Source: Candidatus Latescibacterota bacterium
GTDB lineage: Bacteria; Latescibacterota; UBA2968; UBA8231
Length of the DNA: 64,000 nt
Direction: 5' to 3'
Assembly (NCBI GenBank): GCA_965197905.1
Contig: CBDAOB010000004.1
Location: forward strand, 704,001 to 768,000
Position numbers and translations under genes: made by a program
In this document: positions 62,476 to 64,000 of the stretch, in pieces
Numbering within the stretch: the first letter of the stretch is position 1
Layout of the letters: each line of letters starts with the position of its first letter
The notes under the pieces: generated by a model
Databases searched by the model: none
Seen by the model: the letters and a program-made list of their open reading frames with translations, nothing else
What the model was told of the DNA's origin: nothing

Positions 62476-62934
62476 TACGCCACGCATTCGGAGCACCGCT
62501 ACGCTAGGAAATCGGTACGAGGAACCAGGCGAACCCTGTTTGGAACGCACACAGTGTACGGAAGACTCGGGCAGATTCCTACTTCGCATTTCTGCTAGGT
62601 TTTCGGTACAGAGTCTGATTCAGGTCGGCAGCGAATTGAAGCGTGGACACCCTCAACAAGGATGACAGGTTTTGACAGAGACTACTGAGGTTTGGAAGAG
62701 ACACCCCCGGGAGCGGGCGCCTTCAGGTCTAGCCAATCATCTATACAATGGATTGGTATGATCGAAACGGCAACCGGCATTCCACACCGAGCACTGGTTT
62801 CCGTGCGCCAGAATACCCCCCGGTCCTGGTGTAGCAGGTTCCAGGTCATGAACGTGGGATTGCGATTGTGAAATCGTTTCAGCCGCCGGAACGTGGGTCG
62901 AGGTAGGAAGACCCCGGTCCCGGCCAACCCCTTC

Positions 62935-63999
62935 TCACGTTGGAACAGGCGGGCTGGCAGACTCCCAGCTAGTGATGAAATCCTCGACGCTGAAATTCTC
63001 CGGCATCTCGTAGAAGTAATATTTCATCGCCTGGTTTTGAAACAGCGACTCATACTGCTCGGTGTCCGCCGTTAGTTCCTCCTCCAGCGCTCCGAACCGA
63101 TCCCAGAGCTGGTCCAGTTCCGCGGCGGTAAGGCGCGCACCGAGGTCCTTGACGGCCTTGGTGACTTGCCAGTCGTCGGAATCCGAATCCTTGTACTTGC
63201 GGACCATGGCGGCGATTTTCGACAGCACGATCAGTGAGGTCATGCGCGCGTGCTCACTTGGATGCAACGTCTCGAACGCCTTTACAAACGCTCCCCGGTC
63301 TCGCTCTATCATGGCGCTGAACGTCGCCGCGATCTCGTCCAGGTGTTGCGCATGCAGCTGATCGAACTGTTTGCACTTGGCCGCACACTCGGAAGAAAGG
63401 TGCCCTACGAAATCGACGCCGATGGGATCGGGAATCGTGTGACCGAACCCCTTGTTGCCGACCGCATGATATCCCCCGTGAAACGTGCGCCGTTTGATCT
63501 CACCGTTCGGGGCAGCGCTGTGCAGAAAACAGTTGATGTAGATCACCCCATCGCCGGCCTTGAGATCGACCGGCATGGCGCCTGGCAGCGGCACGACCCC
63601 CATGCGGCGCTCGATTTTTCTTTCCTCGGCGTTGTTTCGCCTTTGATGGCTCCCTGGAATGATATGAAGAAAGCTGTCGTCGTAGAGCGCGATGTGCCAT
63701 TGCAGATAAGGGGGACCGTTCAGTCGAATGTCCTCCTGCAGGCCATCGAGTGGCGCCATATCGATGGGATGAATGTCCCGGTGCCATCCCGTGCCCGAAG
63801 CGATCAGCACCCACATTCCTGAGGGAATCACCTCCGGGACATTCATCAATTCACGGCTGAATCCGAGGGTGCGCTCGTCGAAAAGGAATTCAACCGCGTC
63901 CGCGGTCTCCGGTTCAACCCACTCGGTGGTGATCACTCGACTCTCTACCCCGGCATCGGTTGCCCGCTGAACGATGCGATCGACACTGTTGCGCAACCG
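62935..63999 (-). CDS. PhyH-like dioxygenase family protein, 5' end outside the window
   Basis: WHRD, IPGSH, LKAGD and LHS; frame open to the window edge. Confidence 0.7.
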   Translation of the reverse strand, partial: RLRNSVDRIVQRATDAGVESRVITTEWVEPETADAVEFLFDERTLGFSRELMNVPEVIPSGMWVLIASGTGWHRDIHPIDMAPLDGLQEDIRLNGPPYLQWHIALYDDSFLHIIPGSHQRRNNAEERKIERRMGVVPLPGAMPVDLKAGDGVIYINCFLHSAAPNGEIKRRTFHGGYHAVGNKGFGHTIPDPIGVDFVGHLSSECAAKCKQFDQLHAQHLDEIAATFSAMIERDRGAFVKAFETLHPSEHARMTSLIVLSKIAAMVRKYKDSDSDDWQVTKAVKDLGARLTAAELDQLWDRFGALEEELTADTEQYESLFQNQAMKYYFYEMPENFSVEDFITSWESASPPVPT

Positions 64000-64000
64000 T

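Noticed and set aside
62682..62927. 81-aa ORF in the long intergenic region
   Set aside because: No recognisable motif or clear RBS, so it cannot be supported.

Overview
GC-rich bacterial chromosomal window with no rRNA, tRNA, CRISPR or mobile element that I can support. The gene content (short RpoD-type sigma factor, PhyH dioxygenases, glycosidases) suggests an FCB-group organism such as Latescibacterota, but this is inference only. The first ~36 kb holds housekeeping and catabolic genes: prpD, nadK, a ppiD-like PPIase, oppDF, a lipoyl ligase, an ndk-rpmF-fab-rnc operon without plsX, rlmI, a P-loop-less YchF paralog, a GH95-like hydrolase, and a sugar operon with a TPP-dependent E1 plus a stand-alone lipoyl domain. 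The last ~28 kb is a signalling region. It has a two-component/FapA operon carrying a probable frameshift and an in-frame TAG, and two paralogous flagellar switch cassettes (fliN-fliN-fliG with fliM) with no other core flagellar or chemotaxis gene in the window. In one cassette FliG is fused at its MFXF hinge to a GAF-like/hybrid histidine kinase, in an operon headed by an NtrC-family activator and a sigma-54 promoter. Both FliG proteins appear to carry their own FliF-C-terminal-like segment and share a new N-terminal motif. The best candidate novel system is a motor-independent C-ring (FliG/FliM/FliN) repurposed as a signal-transduction scaffold. All family calls come from motif recognition by eye, not database searches.
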